Position numbers and translations under genes: made by a program. This document shows positions 39,346-52,591 of a stretch of DNA of 64,000 nt, piece by piece (the stretch's first letter is position 1; every line of letters starts with the position of its first letter). The DNA comes from Octopus sinensis. Taxonomy: Eukaryota. Where the stretch lies: contig NC_042998.1 in the NCBI RefSeq assembly GCF_006345805.1, positions 198,834,001 through 198,898,000 of the forward strand, read 5' to 3'. The notes under the pieces are model-generated. The model was not told the origin of the DNA. It did no database searches and saw only the letters and a program-made list of their open reading frames with translations.

Positions 39346-39511
39346 TCACTTTCTTACAAAATCTGTTACAAGCACGACTGTTGTAAAGTATACACACATT
39401 TATACACACACATACACATATACCTATATACGTACGTGGGGTGGAAACACGTACGTACATATATTCATGTGTGCACATATATATACATAAGTATGTGCAT
39501 ATGCGCATACA

Positions 39512-39542
<31 letters not shown>

Positions 39543-39702
39543 CCTGTTGAAGTCGCCATGAAGCCAACATGTTTAGACAAGAACATCTTATGTAAACTAT
39601 AACTTAACTTTGCTCAGCAGACATAAGTGTGTATCGTTGGACGGGCCTTTCTTTGTCTTCTCTGGATATACTAACAAACTACATTAATATATTGATTACA
39701 TA

Positions 39703-39741
<39 letters not shown>

Positions 39742-39783
39742 TATATTAATTATTTATTTATTTCCATACACATACACACTCAC

Positions 39784-39822
<39 letters not shown>

Positions 39823-39824
<2 letters not shown>

Positions 39825-40115
39825 GAGGCGCAATGGCCCAGTGGTTAGGGCAGCGGACTCGCGGTCGTAGGATCACGGTTTCGATTCCCAGACCGGGCGT
39901 TGTGAGTGTTTATTGAGCGAAAACACTTAAAAAGCTCCACGAGGCTCAAGCAGGGGCTGGTGATCCCTGCTGTACTCTTTCACCACTCTTTCTCTCACTC
40001 TTTCTTCTGTTGTGCTCAACGGGGTTGGCGTCATTCGAAGGCTAAAACAATGCGAACGCAATGTGACCAGCGATGTGTAGCAACATCTGATGGTCTGGTC
40101 GGTCACGTGATCACG
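39823..40115 (+). mobile_element. SINE family C
   Basis: GGAGGCGCAATGGCCCAGTGGTTAGGGCAGCGGACTCGCGG head. Confidence 0.88.
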
Positions 40116-40117
40116 TG

Positions 40118-40158
<41 letters not shown>

Positions 40159-40224
40159 TATGTGTATATATATTTGTGTGAATTATATATATACGTGCAT
40201 ATATATGTGTGTGTGTATCTCTGT

Positions 40225-40440
40225 AGTTTGTCCGTCGATGCAACGAAGACCATCTAGTCATCCTGGTGGTGGGCTTGTTTTGTGAGTCCGAAGATGGCTA
40301 GTGAGGCCAATCTGCACCCGAAAGAGTCTTTGACAGTGTGGACAGGGAATGGTGGCTCCTGCTACAGTGTTGTTAGTTCTGCTCTTCCTGGCTTGTCTGC
40401 GGTCTTCTGCAGCAGCGATTCTATTGGTCACGCATGTGTT
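40225..40440 (-). mobile_element. RTE-clade LINE 3' end
   Basis: CPHCQRLFRVQIGLTSHLRTH C-terminal zinc-finger-like motif. Confidence 0.75.
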
Positions 40441-40467
40441 GGCACCCTTGTGTATAAATAATCATAC

Positions 40468-41150
40468 GCGTAGATGTGTGGTAAGACGCTTTCTTCCCAA
40501 CCACATTGCTTTGTGGTCAGTCCCACTGAGTGGTACCTTGGGCGAGTATCTTCTATTACAGCTTTGGTCTGACCAAAGACTTGTGAGTGGATTTGGTGGA
40601 CAGAAACTATAAGAAACTCGTTCTGTATGGGGTGGGGCAGTGCGCGCTGGCTTGCGCGTGTATGTAAAGAGAAAAGAACCGCACCTGGAAAGTTCCCCTC
40701 TGAGGTACCAGATTGTCTACGGAAGACCAGCAGTTGCCCATGGACACCTTCTTCACGCCAGCGATGTTATCCAAGGGAAAGAAAGCCGGCCGGTACAACT
40801 TGGCACTAGTGACGTCGCAACTCATTTCTACAGCCGAGTGAACTGGAGCAACGTGAAATAAAGTGCCCAGCGCGAGAATACACAGCCTGGTCCGGGAATC
40901 AAACTCACTACCTCATGATTGTGAGCCCGAACTCTAACCAGTGAGCCAAGTGTTTGTATGAGTGTGAATGAGTCTTTGTGTCTATGTATGTCCTCCAACA
41001 CCGCTTAACCACCGGTGTTGCTGTGTTTAGGTCCCTGGAACATAGCAGTTCGGCAGAGATCGATGGAATAAAAATTAAATCCTAAAATTTCTTGAAGGCT
41101 GTGCCTCGGCATGGCAGCAGTCTAATGACTGAAACAAGTAAAAAGGTAAA
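40468..41150 (+). mobile_element. SINE A with an antisense SINE D (CORE-like, 40670-40950) nested inside
   Basis: A head at 40468-40625, A tail at 40950-41150; insert carries GAGTGAACTGGAGCAACGTGAAATAAAGTG and a tRNA-like end. Confidence 0.75.
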
Positions 41151-43142
41151 GGACTATATATGTGTTTTGCTTCTGTGCGGAATGTAAACGTCCTTAAAGT
41201 AATTTCACCTTGATCATTGGTTACGCTGAGTAGAGTTTATGCGTAAACAAGTAGTTTAGAAAGACATGTAGCTTACATTTTACCTGCTCCGCTCCCTCAC
41301 TTTGGTGGGGGGTGAGTGCCTGTCACTCACTGGATACAACCTAATGTGTGTGTATGTGCATATATTTATATATATATATATATCGTATGTATATGTGCGT
41401 ATATGTATAGACTGTTTGAAGTGTTGTACAGTTTCTATATATTAAGAAAAAGAAGGCGGTTAGGATTTAGACAAAAATTATTTATTTAGTGTTTTCATCC
41501 CTTCGAGAGATTCATCACAAATATTTCTGTTATAGAAAATTCATAGCTTTTATATATATCTATATGCGAATTTGTTGAAAAAATATGGAGTTGTATTTGT
41601 TTTCTTGGGTTTTAAAAAGAGGATATTTCGGGAGAGTTTGAGATGTTTTTTGTTTGTTTTCAATATACACTTGCGTCAGAAATTAATTAGCACTTCTCAA
41701 ATTTCTACATTAAATAGGTTAAATTAATTAACCTATGAGCTGTTCAAAACGTCTTACGCGATGAGAAAACTTAGTATGGTGATTTCGGTCCTTGCGAGGC
41801 GCTACCTATATCTATTAAACAAAGGAAGATTTGTCTGCATCCGCACTCCAAGTTGTTGTTGCACTGCTATGTCAACATCATAAGGCTGTAGACTCTCAAA
41901 CTGCTCTGCAAACAAAGTTACGTCATCGTTCTGCGCAACAGTGAACTCGCAACAAAGCAATAGTTCGAGATATGGCCACTAGGTGACAGCACATACCTTG
42001 AGTGAAGAGCAAATCAAGGGTGCTAATTAATTTCTGACGGTAGTGTATATGTGTGTACGTATGTGTGTGTATAAGCATGTGTCTGTTGTGAATTTTTGGA
42101 GGCTTGGCGAGAAAAGAAAGAAAGAAAAGAAAGAAAGAGGTGGTTTTCTGGGATAGTTGAAATTGATGACGGATCAAAAGGTTCACATTGTTTTTATCAA
42201 TTGCAATAAATTAACTTTTGTCATTGTGTGACTAACACTATTTTTGGTTAGTTATCATGTTACCTATATGTAGAAAATAGGATCTATTAAATTGCCTTGG
42301 AAGGTTTTTAATTGTCTGCATGTCTGTGTGTGTTTAGGCGTATGTGCATGGGAGAGATAGAGACAGACAGACAGACACAGAGTGTATGTGTGTTCTGGTG
42401 GTTGCTTAAGTGAATTTTTCCAGTTATTTTAGTAACAGTTATGAGTGAGAACATTATTAATAACGATGCACAGTAGTAATCTGGTTCGATTCCTCCGAGA
42501 AACTCGTCTACTTTCTCTTTTTTTTTTTTAATAAAGATTTCCCACGTGTTTATAAATCTATATTTAACGCGTTTAGTTTATGTAAAATTTATTTTTAAAA
42601 TGTAGTTCCATTGCCTTCCAGTACTTTGGATCAGCCCTTGGGCATTTGCAGAAAGATATTGAATCCGCTGTTCCCGAATATTTCCAAATGCTTGCTCAGC
42701 GGAAATTTACGTAATTCTTTTCGTATGACGTGAAACCTGTGCAAAAAGATTTGCAATTGGGGCAGCTTATGCAGTATATTAGGATCTGTGTCTCGGAGAT
42801 CATTTATTTGGAAGAAGAACCCGCTTTTAAATTATATATGGAAGCCAATGTCTCAAACCAAACCTCCCTAAAGTTCACCACATACATGCTTACAGATACA
42901 TGCACGCGCATAGAGATTCAGAATAAACAATGAACATCTCAATTACTACCAAAACATCCTGTTTCCCAAACCCCAAAAAACAAGTACAACTCCAAATTTT
43001 CTCAACTAGCACGCACATTGATAAAAGGTATGAATTTTCTAAAAAAAAATTATTCTTGATAAATTCCTCAAAATATCAAAGCGCTAGATACATACCGTTT
43101 TTTTTTTTTGTTTCCATATCCTATCTCCTTTCTCTGTGTGTG

Positions 43143-43177
<35 letters not shown>

Positions 43178-43569
43178 CAAATAAGAAAATGGAGAAACAA
43201 TTTAGTTGGTTTATCAGATTTAAGATATTAGAATGTTGACTTATGTTGACTTATTCATTTAACAAAACGAGACCCATGATAACATACAAATATACATTAA
43301 AATTCAATACATATATTCTTTTCATGGGTATAAATTTTCTATCGGAATATATCCCCAAATTAGGTAATGATGTCGATAAAATTCAGGCTACATATGTAGT
43401 GGAACCTCGGAAGTAGTAAATCATCCAAACGAAGGTAGTCTTCAAGCTACTTTTCAGGTCAAGGATACCTTCTTGATTATATGAAGTTTGCATTGTCGTT
43501 AAGAAATCCCGTATGAACTCGTTGGATATTCGATATTGCATACATACATGCATGCAATGCAATGCATGC

Positions 43570-44881
43570 ATACATGATGGCCGTCCACTCGTGACAGAGG
43601 GAGACTATTGCTGACATTTATGAACATTGTGCACTCTAGGACTAACTTATCTTTTGCATTTGCGGCTCCGTTGGTGGCTAATGAGCCCTACCCTTGACAA
43701 GCATACTCGACTGCAGACATTGCAAATCAAGCTTTACCCATTCACTACACTAGCAGTGCGCTTTCGAGCAGCACGCTTAAATTCTTCGTGCTCAATACGG
43801 ACTCTCTCAAAGGTGTCGGCCTCCTCTTTAATCTTCCCCCTCCATATGTGATGATGACAGGTAGTGCTTTCCCAGTCGGTCTCCTGCGTATCACCGGCTT
43901 TTAAGGACGACTTGACACAGAAGGTATATGTAACAGAAATATCTGTGATGAATCTCTCGAAGGGATGAAAGCACTAAATAAATAATTTTTTATCTAAATC
44001 CTAACCACTTTCTTGACAAGTATACACACACACGCCATAAGATGACAAGTAGTACTCTCCCAGTCGGTCTCCTGCGTATCACCGGCTTTTAATGAGGACT
44101 TGACACAGTCCTTAAATCGCAGCCTTGGTTTCTGCCGAGGTCTCTATCCACTAACAAGTTCCCCATATAGCATCTGTTTAGGAATCCTGCTATCCTTCAT
44201 TCTAATAAGGCGTCCAGTGCAACGTAACCGGTGTTTCTGCACCATGTCCTCAATACTCAAAATATCAGCCTTCCTCAAGACCTGTGTGTCTGTAGTTTTT
44301 TTAAAGTCCAGTCAACATTCAGAACGTCTGAGTCATCTCTGATGAAAGTATTCAAGGACCTTTACCTGACGTTTGTAAATGGCCTATGTCTCACATGAGT
44401 AAGGGAGCCATGTCGGTACACATGTACTGTACACAGTAATTTTTGTTTGCCTTGTGGTGCCATGCTGGGACTAGACACGAGACTGAAGAGACCGGAAGGA
44501 ATCAGTTTTTCTCTGCAGCCTGAAAGATATTTCATCATCCAGGGAGCAAGAATGGCTGAGTCGTGCTGCCCAGGTAGACAAACTTGTCTACCACTTTCAG
44601 TATTGTTCCTTCAACCAAGATATTTGGTTCCACATATGGATTTTTCGTGGTTCAGGCTGGATCATTACAACAGTCCTGTCCAGGTTAATGCTGAGTCCAT
44701 ATCCCTTGCAAGAAGCAGAAATACGACTCATAATTATTTGAATGTCACCCATTGTATGAGTGACTAGGTCACAGTCGTCCGCATAAAGGAGGTCACGAAT
44801 AAGAGACTGGAAAACTTTTGAATTGGCAGCAAATCGGCTCAGATTAAAGAGATGGCCAGGAGATCGACAGTGGAAGCACAA
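43570..44881 (-). pseudogene. 5'-truncated RTE-clade LINE
   Basis: LIRDLLYADDCDLV (RT catalytic motif); C-terminal CNVCSRVCLSRVGLISHQR; (CAT/GCAT)-type tail. Confidence 0.88.
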
Positions 44882-45194
44882 TGTCGTAACTCTTGCGTAA
44901 ACAAGTAGCTTAGAAAGAAATGTAGCTTACATTTTACCTCCTCCGCTCCCTCAATTTGGTGTGTGTGTGTGTGTGTATGTTTGTGTATGCGGGTGCACTT
45001 ATGTGTGTGAGCGTGTGTATAAATGCACGTGTTTTAATGTGTGTATTGTGTTTTCTGTGTTACATCGTTTCCTGCGGTTTTAATTAAAGGATACTCTGCG
45101 GTACACTATACCTCAAAAAACAATGAAAATTACTCACGGCTGTAATGTCTTTGATTATAAAAGTGTTCACAGAAAACTAACAATGTTCTACTTT

Positions 45195-45405
45195 GCTCTG
45201 CGGACTCGCGGCCGGAGGATCGCGGTTTCGTGTGTGTTTATTGAGCGAAAACACCTAAAGCTCCACGAGGCTCCGGCAGTGGGGGATGGGGGTGGCGACC
45301 CCTGTTGTACTCTTTCGCCCCAACTTTCTCTCACTCTCGCTTCCTGTTTCTTGAGTAACACTGCGATGGACTGGCGTCCCGTCCAGCTGGGGAAACACAT
45401 ACGCA
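45195..45405 (+). mobile_element. SINE family C, 5'-truncated
   Basis: GCGGACTCGCGG...GAGCGAAAACACCTAAAGCTCCACGAGGCTCCGGCAG. Confidence 0.8.
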
Positions 45406-45605
45406 AAGTGTAAAGTGTGATAAATTGCACGTTAAGTACATTAAATTTATTTTTGAATTTCTAATAAACACCGTGCCTAGGATGTTTATTGTTATGTAAG
45501 CAACAAACACGCGCGGGCACACACACATGTGCATGTATGTATGCATTTTCGGATCTGTGAGCGTGTGCATGTGTGTGTATGCGCGAGTGTGTAACTGAAT
45601 TTACA

Positions 45606-45634
<29 letters not shown>

Positions 45635-45636
<2 letters not shown>

Positions 45637-45950
45637 TATACGAAAGAAGGTTTGAAAAGTTTAACAAGTTCCATAAAATATTGGGCAGAAAAGATTACAA
45701 CAGAATGATTATTTATGTTGTAATCTTTTCTGCCCAATATTTTATGGAACTTGTTGAACTTTTTTATGTCCTTAACATGTCCCTGTTACCAAAGACTATA
45801 TATATGTAATGTTGCAATTTGTAACAACCAATAATTAACGCAACCAAACTTCTACATGTTACTTTTGACAATCTTTTTCCAAAGAGTGAAACCGGTAAAG
45901 TAAACAAACATCTTTTAAAATTGCATTTTCAAACCTTCTTTCGTATATAA
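45635..45950. mobile_element. Penelope-like fragment with nested inverted repeats and a decayed hammerhead (45859-45903)
   Basis: ~47-bp hairpin at 45655-45763; outer IR TATATACGAAAGAAGGTTTGAAAA; tactt-TTGACAA-TCTTT..AAAGA-gt-GAAAC-CG-GTA-aagta. Confidence 0.6.
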
Positions 45951-45984
45951 TTCCACTCGTGCGGTACCCTACAACTCCACTTTG

Positions 45985-46029
<45 letters not shown>

Positions 46030-46791
46030 TTATTAGCGACGGAAGTAGTATTAGTTCAAAATAGCAGTATGTATATCTTACTTAATATTGGTGTACAGAA
46101 TGTCTATGTGTGTATGCGTGGGTGTCTGTATATATGTATGTATTTATGCATGCATGCATTTATGCGCTTCTCTTTACCGCCGAGTTAACTTCGTCTTTTA
46201 TTCCTGGGTCGATAAAAGCGTACAAAATATTGGGACCGATTCGAGAAGCACAATTCACCAGTTGTAATTCTTCAATCTATAAGGCAGACCTTCAGTCAAC
46301 AACTAATATGACAAATCTGTAGCCAACTTTGTCCTTTTCTTTTGTACAATACTAGTAGTGTGAACAGGAGAAACTTAATGCAAGAGCACCTGGCGTTTTT
46401 CATAGAACTTTACTCGGGTTAACTTATTGAAAAGCTAATTCCGGTGTTGTTTCATCACATTCTTCAAGCATAGATTTATTTATGCATTAAAAACCCGTTT
46501 AGCTTTATCTACATATTATAAGTCTTTGACAGAATCCAATTTCATACGAATGTATAAATACATAAACATACACACATACATACGTACGTCTGTACAAGCG
46601 CCCACGCGTACGCACACAGACGAGTAGGCGAACAAAGGAAAGCAGCACTCAACGCATTTACCTGAGGTTGTTAGTTCCACATTGCCTAAAACATCGTAGG
46701 CGAAGGACACGCCTACGTTCTCTTTCCTTCTTTCAAGATGCGTGCGCGCACACACACACATATACATACATGTATATATATTTATATATAT

Positions 46792-46822
<31 letters not shown>

Positions 46823-46869
46823 TTATATATATATATGCATATATGTATACATACACATACATATATACT

Positions 46870-47262
46870 GTTTTACTCTTTTACTTGTTTCAGTCATTTT
46901 GACTGTGGCCATGCTGGAGCACCGCATTTAGTGGATCAAATCGACCCCAGGACTTATTCTGCGTAAGCCTAGTACTTATTCTGTCGGTCTCTTTTGCCGA
47001 ACCGCTAAGTTACGGGGACGTAAACACACCAGCATCGATTGTCAAGTGATGCTGGGGGGGGGGACAAACGCAGACACACAAACATATACACACACACATA
47101 CGACGGGCTTCTTTCAGTTTCCGTCAACTAAATCTACTCACAAGGCTTTGGTCGGCCCTAGGCTATAGTAGCAGACACTTGCCCTAGATGCCACTTGGTG
47201 GGACTGAACCCAGAACCATGTGGTTCGTAAGCAAGCTACTTACCACACAGCCACTCCTGCGC
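46870..47262 (-). mobile_element. SINE family A
   Basis: Family motifs. Confidence 0.9.
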
Positions 47263-47288
47263 CATATATATATATACATACACATATA

Positions 47289-48340
47289 TATTGGGTCACC
47301 CCATAAATAATGCGGTTATTTATAGTTTTATTTTTCAAAGTATAGAATATGCTCTTCATTTTCTACTATGCTCTTCCATCAGTCTGGTAGACTTGTAAGG
47401 CCCCTCTTCCAAAATTCACTTGTCCGTGACGAAAAATACTCTTCCAGTACTAATCTAACTTCGTGTACAGAAATGATATTTTTTCCGTCCAATCCAAATG
47501 ATTTTGAAGACTGCGGAATAAGTGATGATCAGATGGGTCAATATCTGGCGAATATGATGAGTGGGACATCGTTTCCCATTCAAACTGCTCCAGCCTTTGG
47601 AATATCATCCGCATTGTATGTGGACGAGCATTATCCTGATGGAATAACACTTTTTGTCTTGAAACCAAAGATGGTCGTTTTTCTTCTAGTGCTGACTTAA
47701 AGCGCTCAAGCTGCTCGCAGTACGTTTCATTCGTTATAATTTGTTTTGGGTTTAAAAATTCTAAGCGAACTAAACCTTTCATATCCACCCAAACAGACAA
47801 CAACACCTTACGTGAGTGAAGATCTCCTTTAGCCTGGAGCGCTTAACATTTTTATAGAGAACCCATTTCTCGTCACCAGTCACTATTCGGTCCATAAAAG
47901 GTTCATTCGTGAGATGTGACAGCAAAGAAGAGCACACATTCACTCTCTGTCGGAAAGTTTGTGAGTAACCCATTGACCCAGTTTGCTGACTTTTCCGATG
48001 GCACGCAGGTGTTGATGAATGGTTGAATGACCAAATCCAAGCTTCTTTGCTAATTCCTCAACAGTTACGATGGGATTTTGATCCACTAGGGTCTGCTGGA
48101 CGTCCACGTCGAGCTCCACAGATCCTCCAAGACGAGGATCGTCTTCTAGGCTGTAGTTTCCGGCTCAGAATTTCTGGAACCACCGTTGACACTGGTTTAC
48201 GCCTATTGTCTGATCTCCAAATACTGCATTAACATTCCTTGCACTTTCCGTTGCGTTGTTGTCTTTATTGAACTTATAAAGCAAAATATGCCGAATATAC
48301 TCTTCGAAAGATTCCAGAAGAGCCTACGCTAGTTCTTTAA
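47289..48340 (-). mobile_element. Degenerate mariner (DD34D) transposon
   Basis: RIVTGDEKWVLY, FHQDNARPH and YSPDIDPSDHHLFRSLQN; TIR-like TATTGGGTCACCCCATAAATAATGCGG. Confidence 0.92.
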
Positions 48341-49350
48341 AATCTAAGGAGAAATCACAGGACACAGACTCATTAAACCTAATATTTTATACGTTATACT
48401 GGATCTCTCCTATTGTCCTTACTACACATAGTTAAACGTAAATGGATCATTGAACATCATACGTATGAATTCCCTCCAGCCACCCGAGAAACATAACCAA
48501 ACAGTTATTACACAACATATCCCATAAACCTTTCTCCTAATAGACAAAAATTCACTAACACAACAACCTTGCTACATCGATGCAGTAGAGGCGATTCTGT
48601 AGAAAATATCTCTTACGTAGAATTCCTCCATCCTAGATCACAAGCACGCAGACACAACAATACAAAAGAAATATAGACATATTACGTGGTTCAAAGGCGG
48701 CGAACTGGCAGAAACGTTAGCACGCCGGGCGAAATGCGTAGCCGAGGTCGACTTTGCCTTTCATCCTTTCGGGGTCAATAAATTAAGTACCAGTTACGCA
48801 CTGGGGTCGATGTAATCGACTTAATCCGTTTCTCTGTCCTTGTTTGTCCCCTCTATGTTTAGCCCCTTGTGGGTAATAAAGAAATACGTATTTCGTCTGC
48901 CGTTACGTTCTGGGTTCAAATTCCGCCGAGGTCGACTTTGCCTTTCATCCTTTCGGGGTCAATAAATTAAGTACCAGTTACGCACTGGGGTCGATGTAAT
49001 CGACTTAATCCGTTTGTCTGTCCTTGTTTGTCCCCTCTATGTTAAGCCCCTTGTGGGTAGTAAAGAAATAGGTATTTCGTCTGTCTTTACGTTCTGAGTT
49101 CAAATTCCACCGAGGTCGACTTTACCTTTCATCCTTTCGGGGTCGATAAATTAAGTACCAGTTACGCACTGGGGTCGATGTAATCGACTTAATCCGTTTG
49201 TCTGTCCTTGTTTTTCCCCTCTGTGTTTAGCCCCTTGTGGGTAGTAAAGAAATATATTACGTGGTTCATGCACCCATGTAGCATCGAAGTAGCTGCTCTT
49301 AGCTTTGAACTGTACTTAGTCACATCTAACTTCTACAAGCTCAGTGAAGA
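48340..49350 (+). pseudogene. Penelope-like ORF fragment interrupted by a SINE B trimer
   Basis: ITWFMHPCS resembles the PLE IIWFNPPYS motif; very decayed. Confidence 0.45.
48695..49253 (+). mobile_element. SINE family B trimer
   Basis: Head GGCGGCGAACTGGCAGAAACGTTAGC plus three bodies; 15-bp TSD ATATTACGTGGTTCA at 48679-48693 and 49254-49268. Confidence 0.93.
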
Positions 49351-49665
49351 CAATGAACATAGTCCAAGCAGCCGATACTGCGGCAACACCAACGATCGTC
49401 TGCTCAATAAATGCTTAGCTAACAATATCGATTACAAATGTACAATTAACATTAATAACATATCTAAAGGCTATATAGATACGATTTCCAACCTTTTGTA
49501 ATTAATGCTAGCTCATTGAAATAGGTTTATTTATTTATTCTCAGGTAATGTCGTCTCCCACGTAAGCTATTCAGTTAGTGTTATGAGTCGTTAAAATCCT
49601 CCGAAGAGAAACAAAGTAAGTGGAATTTCCATATATTTTACACACGATCTTCATAACTCTGATAA

Positions 49666-50785
49666 CTTTGACAGATTTCGGCCAGTCTAACTTAATAGCA
49701 CCACCTGAAGTCTTTTAGTCATATTTGGGGCCCCATGGCCCACTCTACCGAAGAGTTATTATTGTTGGAGTCATATCCAGGAGTAGGAGGTTGGTCCGGG
49801 ATTTTTTGAATAAGATGTAGTTAACGGATCTTTTCGGTTTGAACGGCAGTTTTTAACATAATTTCTAGGTAACTAAAAAATTTTAAACTTCGTATACTGG
49901 TAGAATGTGTTTATAAAACATCTTTTTCTCTTGGCTTTATTGAGAAAAGTCTATAGTTTGTAAGATATTTGGTCTTTAATTTCTTGCATTTTGGCAATTT
50001 CAACCAATCAATGACCGTCTATTGAAGTGAAAACATTCTGTGCCGTATGAATATGTCCCTCATTTAAGAAACAGATTGGATTTATTTACATTTGTGAAGA
50101 AGAAAAGATACCCTTCCCCCTACTCCTAACCTTAACCCTAACTAACCCCAACCCTAAAACAGATTGAAATGCAATAGATCGATACTAGGGTCGTCTATTG
50201 TTTATAAAAATTTCAACCAATCAATATCTTTGATAGATTTCGGCCAGTATAGGCCCAGGTCATGTCTAACTTAATAGCACCACCTGAAGTCTCTAAGTCA
50301 TATATGGGGCACCATGGCCCACTCTACCGAAGAGTTATTATTGTTGGGGTCATATCCAGGTGTAGGAGGTTGGTCCGGGATTTTTTGAAAAAGTTTTTTT
50401 CAGAGAACATTTGAATAAGATGTAGTTAACGGATCTTTTCGGTTTGAACGGCAGTTTTTAAAATAATTTCCACGTAACTAAAAAATTCTAAACTTCGTAT
50501 ACTGGTAGAATGTGTTTAGAAAACATCTTTTTCTCTTGGCTTTATTGAGAAAATTCTATAGTTTGTAAGATATTTATTGTTCTTTTTTCTTCAATTTCTG
50601 CAATTTCAACCAATCAATGACCTCCATTGAGGTAAGAAGCATTCTGTGCCGTATGAATATGTCCCTCGTTTAAGAAACAGATTGGGATTATTTACATTTG
50701 TGAAGAAAAAAAAATACCCTTCCCCCACCCCTAACCCTAATCCTAAAACAGATTGAAATGCAATAGATCGATACTAGGGTCATAA
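49666..50785. repeat. Diverged tandem duplication, ~560-bp period
   Basis: 49666-50192 aligns with 50228-50782. Confidence 0.9.
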
Positions 50786-50847
50786 TTATGGGTGACAATT
50801 TCATATGACACCGCTAGAAAAAACTGCCGTTCAAACGGAAAAGATCC
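50431..50847. mobile_element. MITE with GGATCTTTTC TIRs and an 8-bp TSD
   Basis: TIRs GGATCTTTTCGGTTTGAACGGCAGTTTT / AAAACTGCCGTTCAAACGGAAAAGATCC; TAGTTAAC on both sides. Confidence 0.9.
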
Positions 50848-51279
50848 TAGTTAACAATTATTATTCTGCTTACGTAATGTAAATTCTGCATAATGTGTTG
50901 ACCTTGCTTTCCTTCAATGTTCTCCACGCACAGACGTATACTAATAACACTAGCTATGGCTACCACCAGACGAAACAGACTTCAGAAATATGCACAGTCA
51001 CTGTAAGTAGTTCAAATGTCTCATTGTGTATGCGCGCGCCTACACACGTTTCTCTGCATTTGAATGTGTGGTGTGTCTACTGTATGTATACACAACACAC
51101 ACACACAAGCACAAATAAATGAAGTTGTACATACGCTAACACACGCACACAGACACATTTATACATACATATATGTACATTTATTACATATTCCACTTTT
51201 TATATTTGTTTTACTGTCATTTGCCAATGTAAACTTTCATTAGTTCTCTCATAATTTACATTTTATATATGGATGTATA

Positions 51280-51298
51280 TATGTGTGTGTGTGTACGT

Positions 51299-51363
<65 letters not shown>

Positions 51364-51501
51364 TATGTATGTATATATATATATATAAGTGTATTTATAT
51401 ATATATGTGTATATATATGTATATGTATATATATATGTATATATATAATATGTATATGTATATATGTATATATATATATTTATATATATATATATATGTA
51501 T

Positions 51502-51532
<31 letters not shown>

Positions 51533-51830
51533 GTATATATATATTGTATATATATATATATGTATATATAATGTATATGTATATATATGTATATATATAG
51601 ATTGTATATATATATGTATATATATATGTCATATATATATGTATATATATAATGTATATATATATGTATTATATATGTAATATAATATTTATATATATAT
51701 GTATATATATATGTATATATATATGTATATATATTATAATATATATACATATAGATATACTATATATATACTATATATATATTATATACACATATCATAT
51801 ATATGATATATATATAATCTTATATATATT
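51280..51830. repeat. (TA)n compound microsatellite
   Basis: Direct reading. Confidence 0.95.
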
Positions 51831-52045
51831 CATAACTTATCAAGATTAATCAGCCGATTGCTAAGATGATCTTGTTCTTGACTGATGACTGAGGGCTTCG
51901 AATGTCCCGTCCTGTGGTTCTGTGTCGTCTCCTGTGGTGTTTCATGTTTCTTGTCCATGTCTGTAATTATTTTTACTGTTTACCTATATGTATATATATA
52001 TATATATATGTATGTATGAGAAAGAAGCAACAAGAATGGATTAGT

Positions 52046-52136
52046 TTTTAGTACAATTGTTTCATACAAAGACAGGCTTTATTACAAGTTGCAAAAATTG
52101 CAGCATATAAAAGTGTCCCGTACTCATCAGCTAAAA
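52046..52136 (-). ncRNA. Type I hammerhead ribozyme with extended stem II
   Basis: Minus strand: ttttag-CTGATGA-GTACGGGACA...TGTCTTTGTAT-GAAAC-AATT-GTA-ctaaaa. Confidence 0.8.
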
Positions 52137-52250
52137 TACATATGAGTTCTCCAGACATCTTAGTGGGTGAGGTTATACTCATGAAATATTGGAGATAGTT
52201 CCATTAGAGGCAGATATAGGTTGTAAACAGTTTTCCAAAGTTCCTTAATG

Positions 52251-52591
52251 ATGATGCACAGTCTTATCACAGATTTTTAAAAACTTATTAGTTTCAAAGA
52301 GAAGATGAATTAATCCATAGTGTAGATTTAAATTTCCAGAGATATGAGGAGGATGATGCACAGACTTATCACAGTTTTTTAAAAACTTATTAGCTTCACA
52401 GAAAAGGTGAATTAATCCGTAGTGAAGATTTAAATTTCCAGCGGTAAGAGGAGGAATTTCATACTCACAGACGATGAATTTAACCATTCTTAATCCACAA
52501 TCATTTCATGCTATATGATAAGGTAATTTGCCATGAATTTAACCATTCTTAATCCACAATCATTTCATGCTATATGATAAGGTAATTTGCC
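52251..52591. repeat. Two short tandem duplications (~102-bp period x2 diverged; 59 bp x2 exact)
   Basis: 52251-52338 vs 52352-52441; 52474-52532 vs 52533-52591. Confidence 0.88.

Noticed and set aside
51878-51925. CTGATGA as another hammerhead
   Set aside because: No downstream GAAA/stem III/GUH arrangement found.
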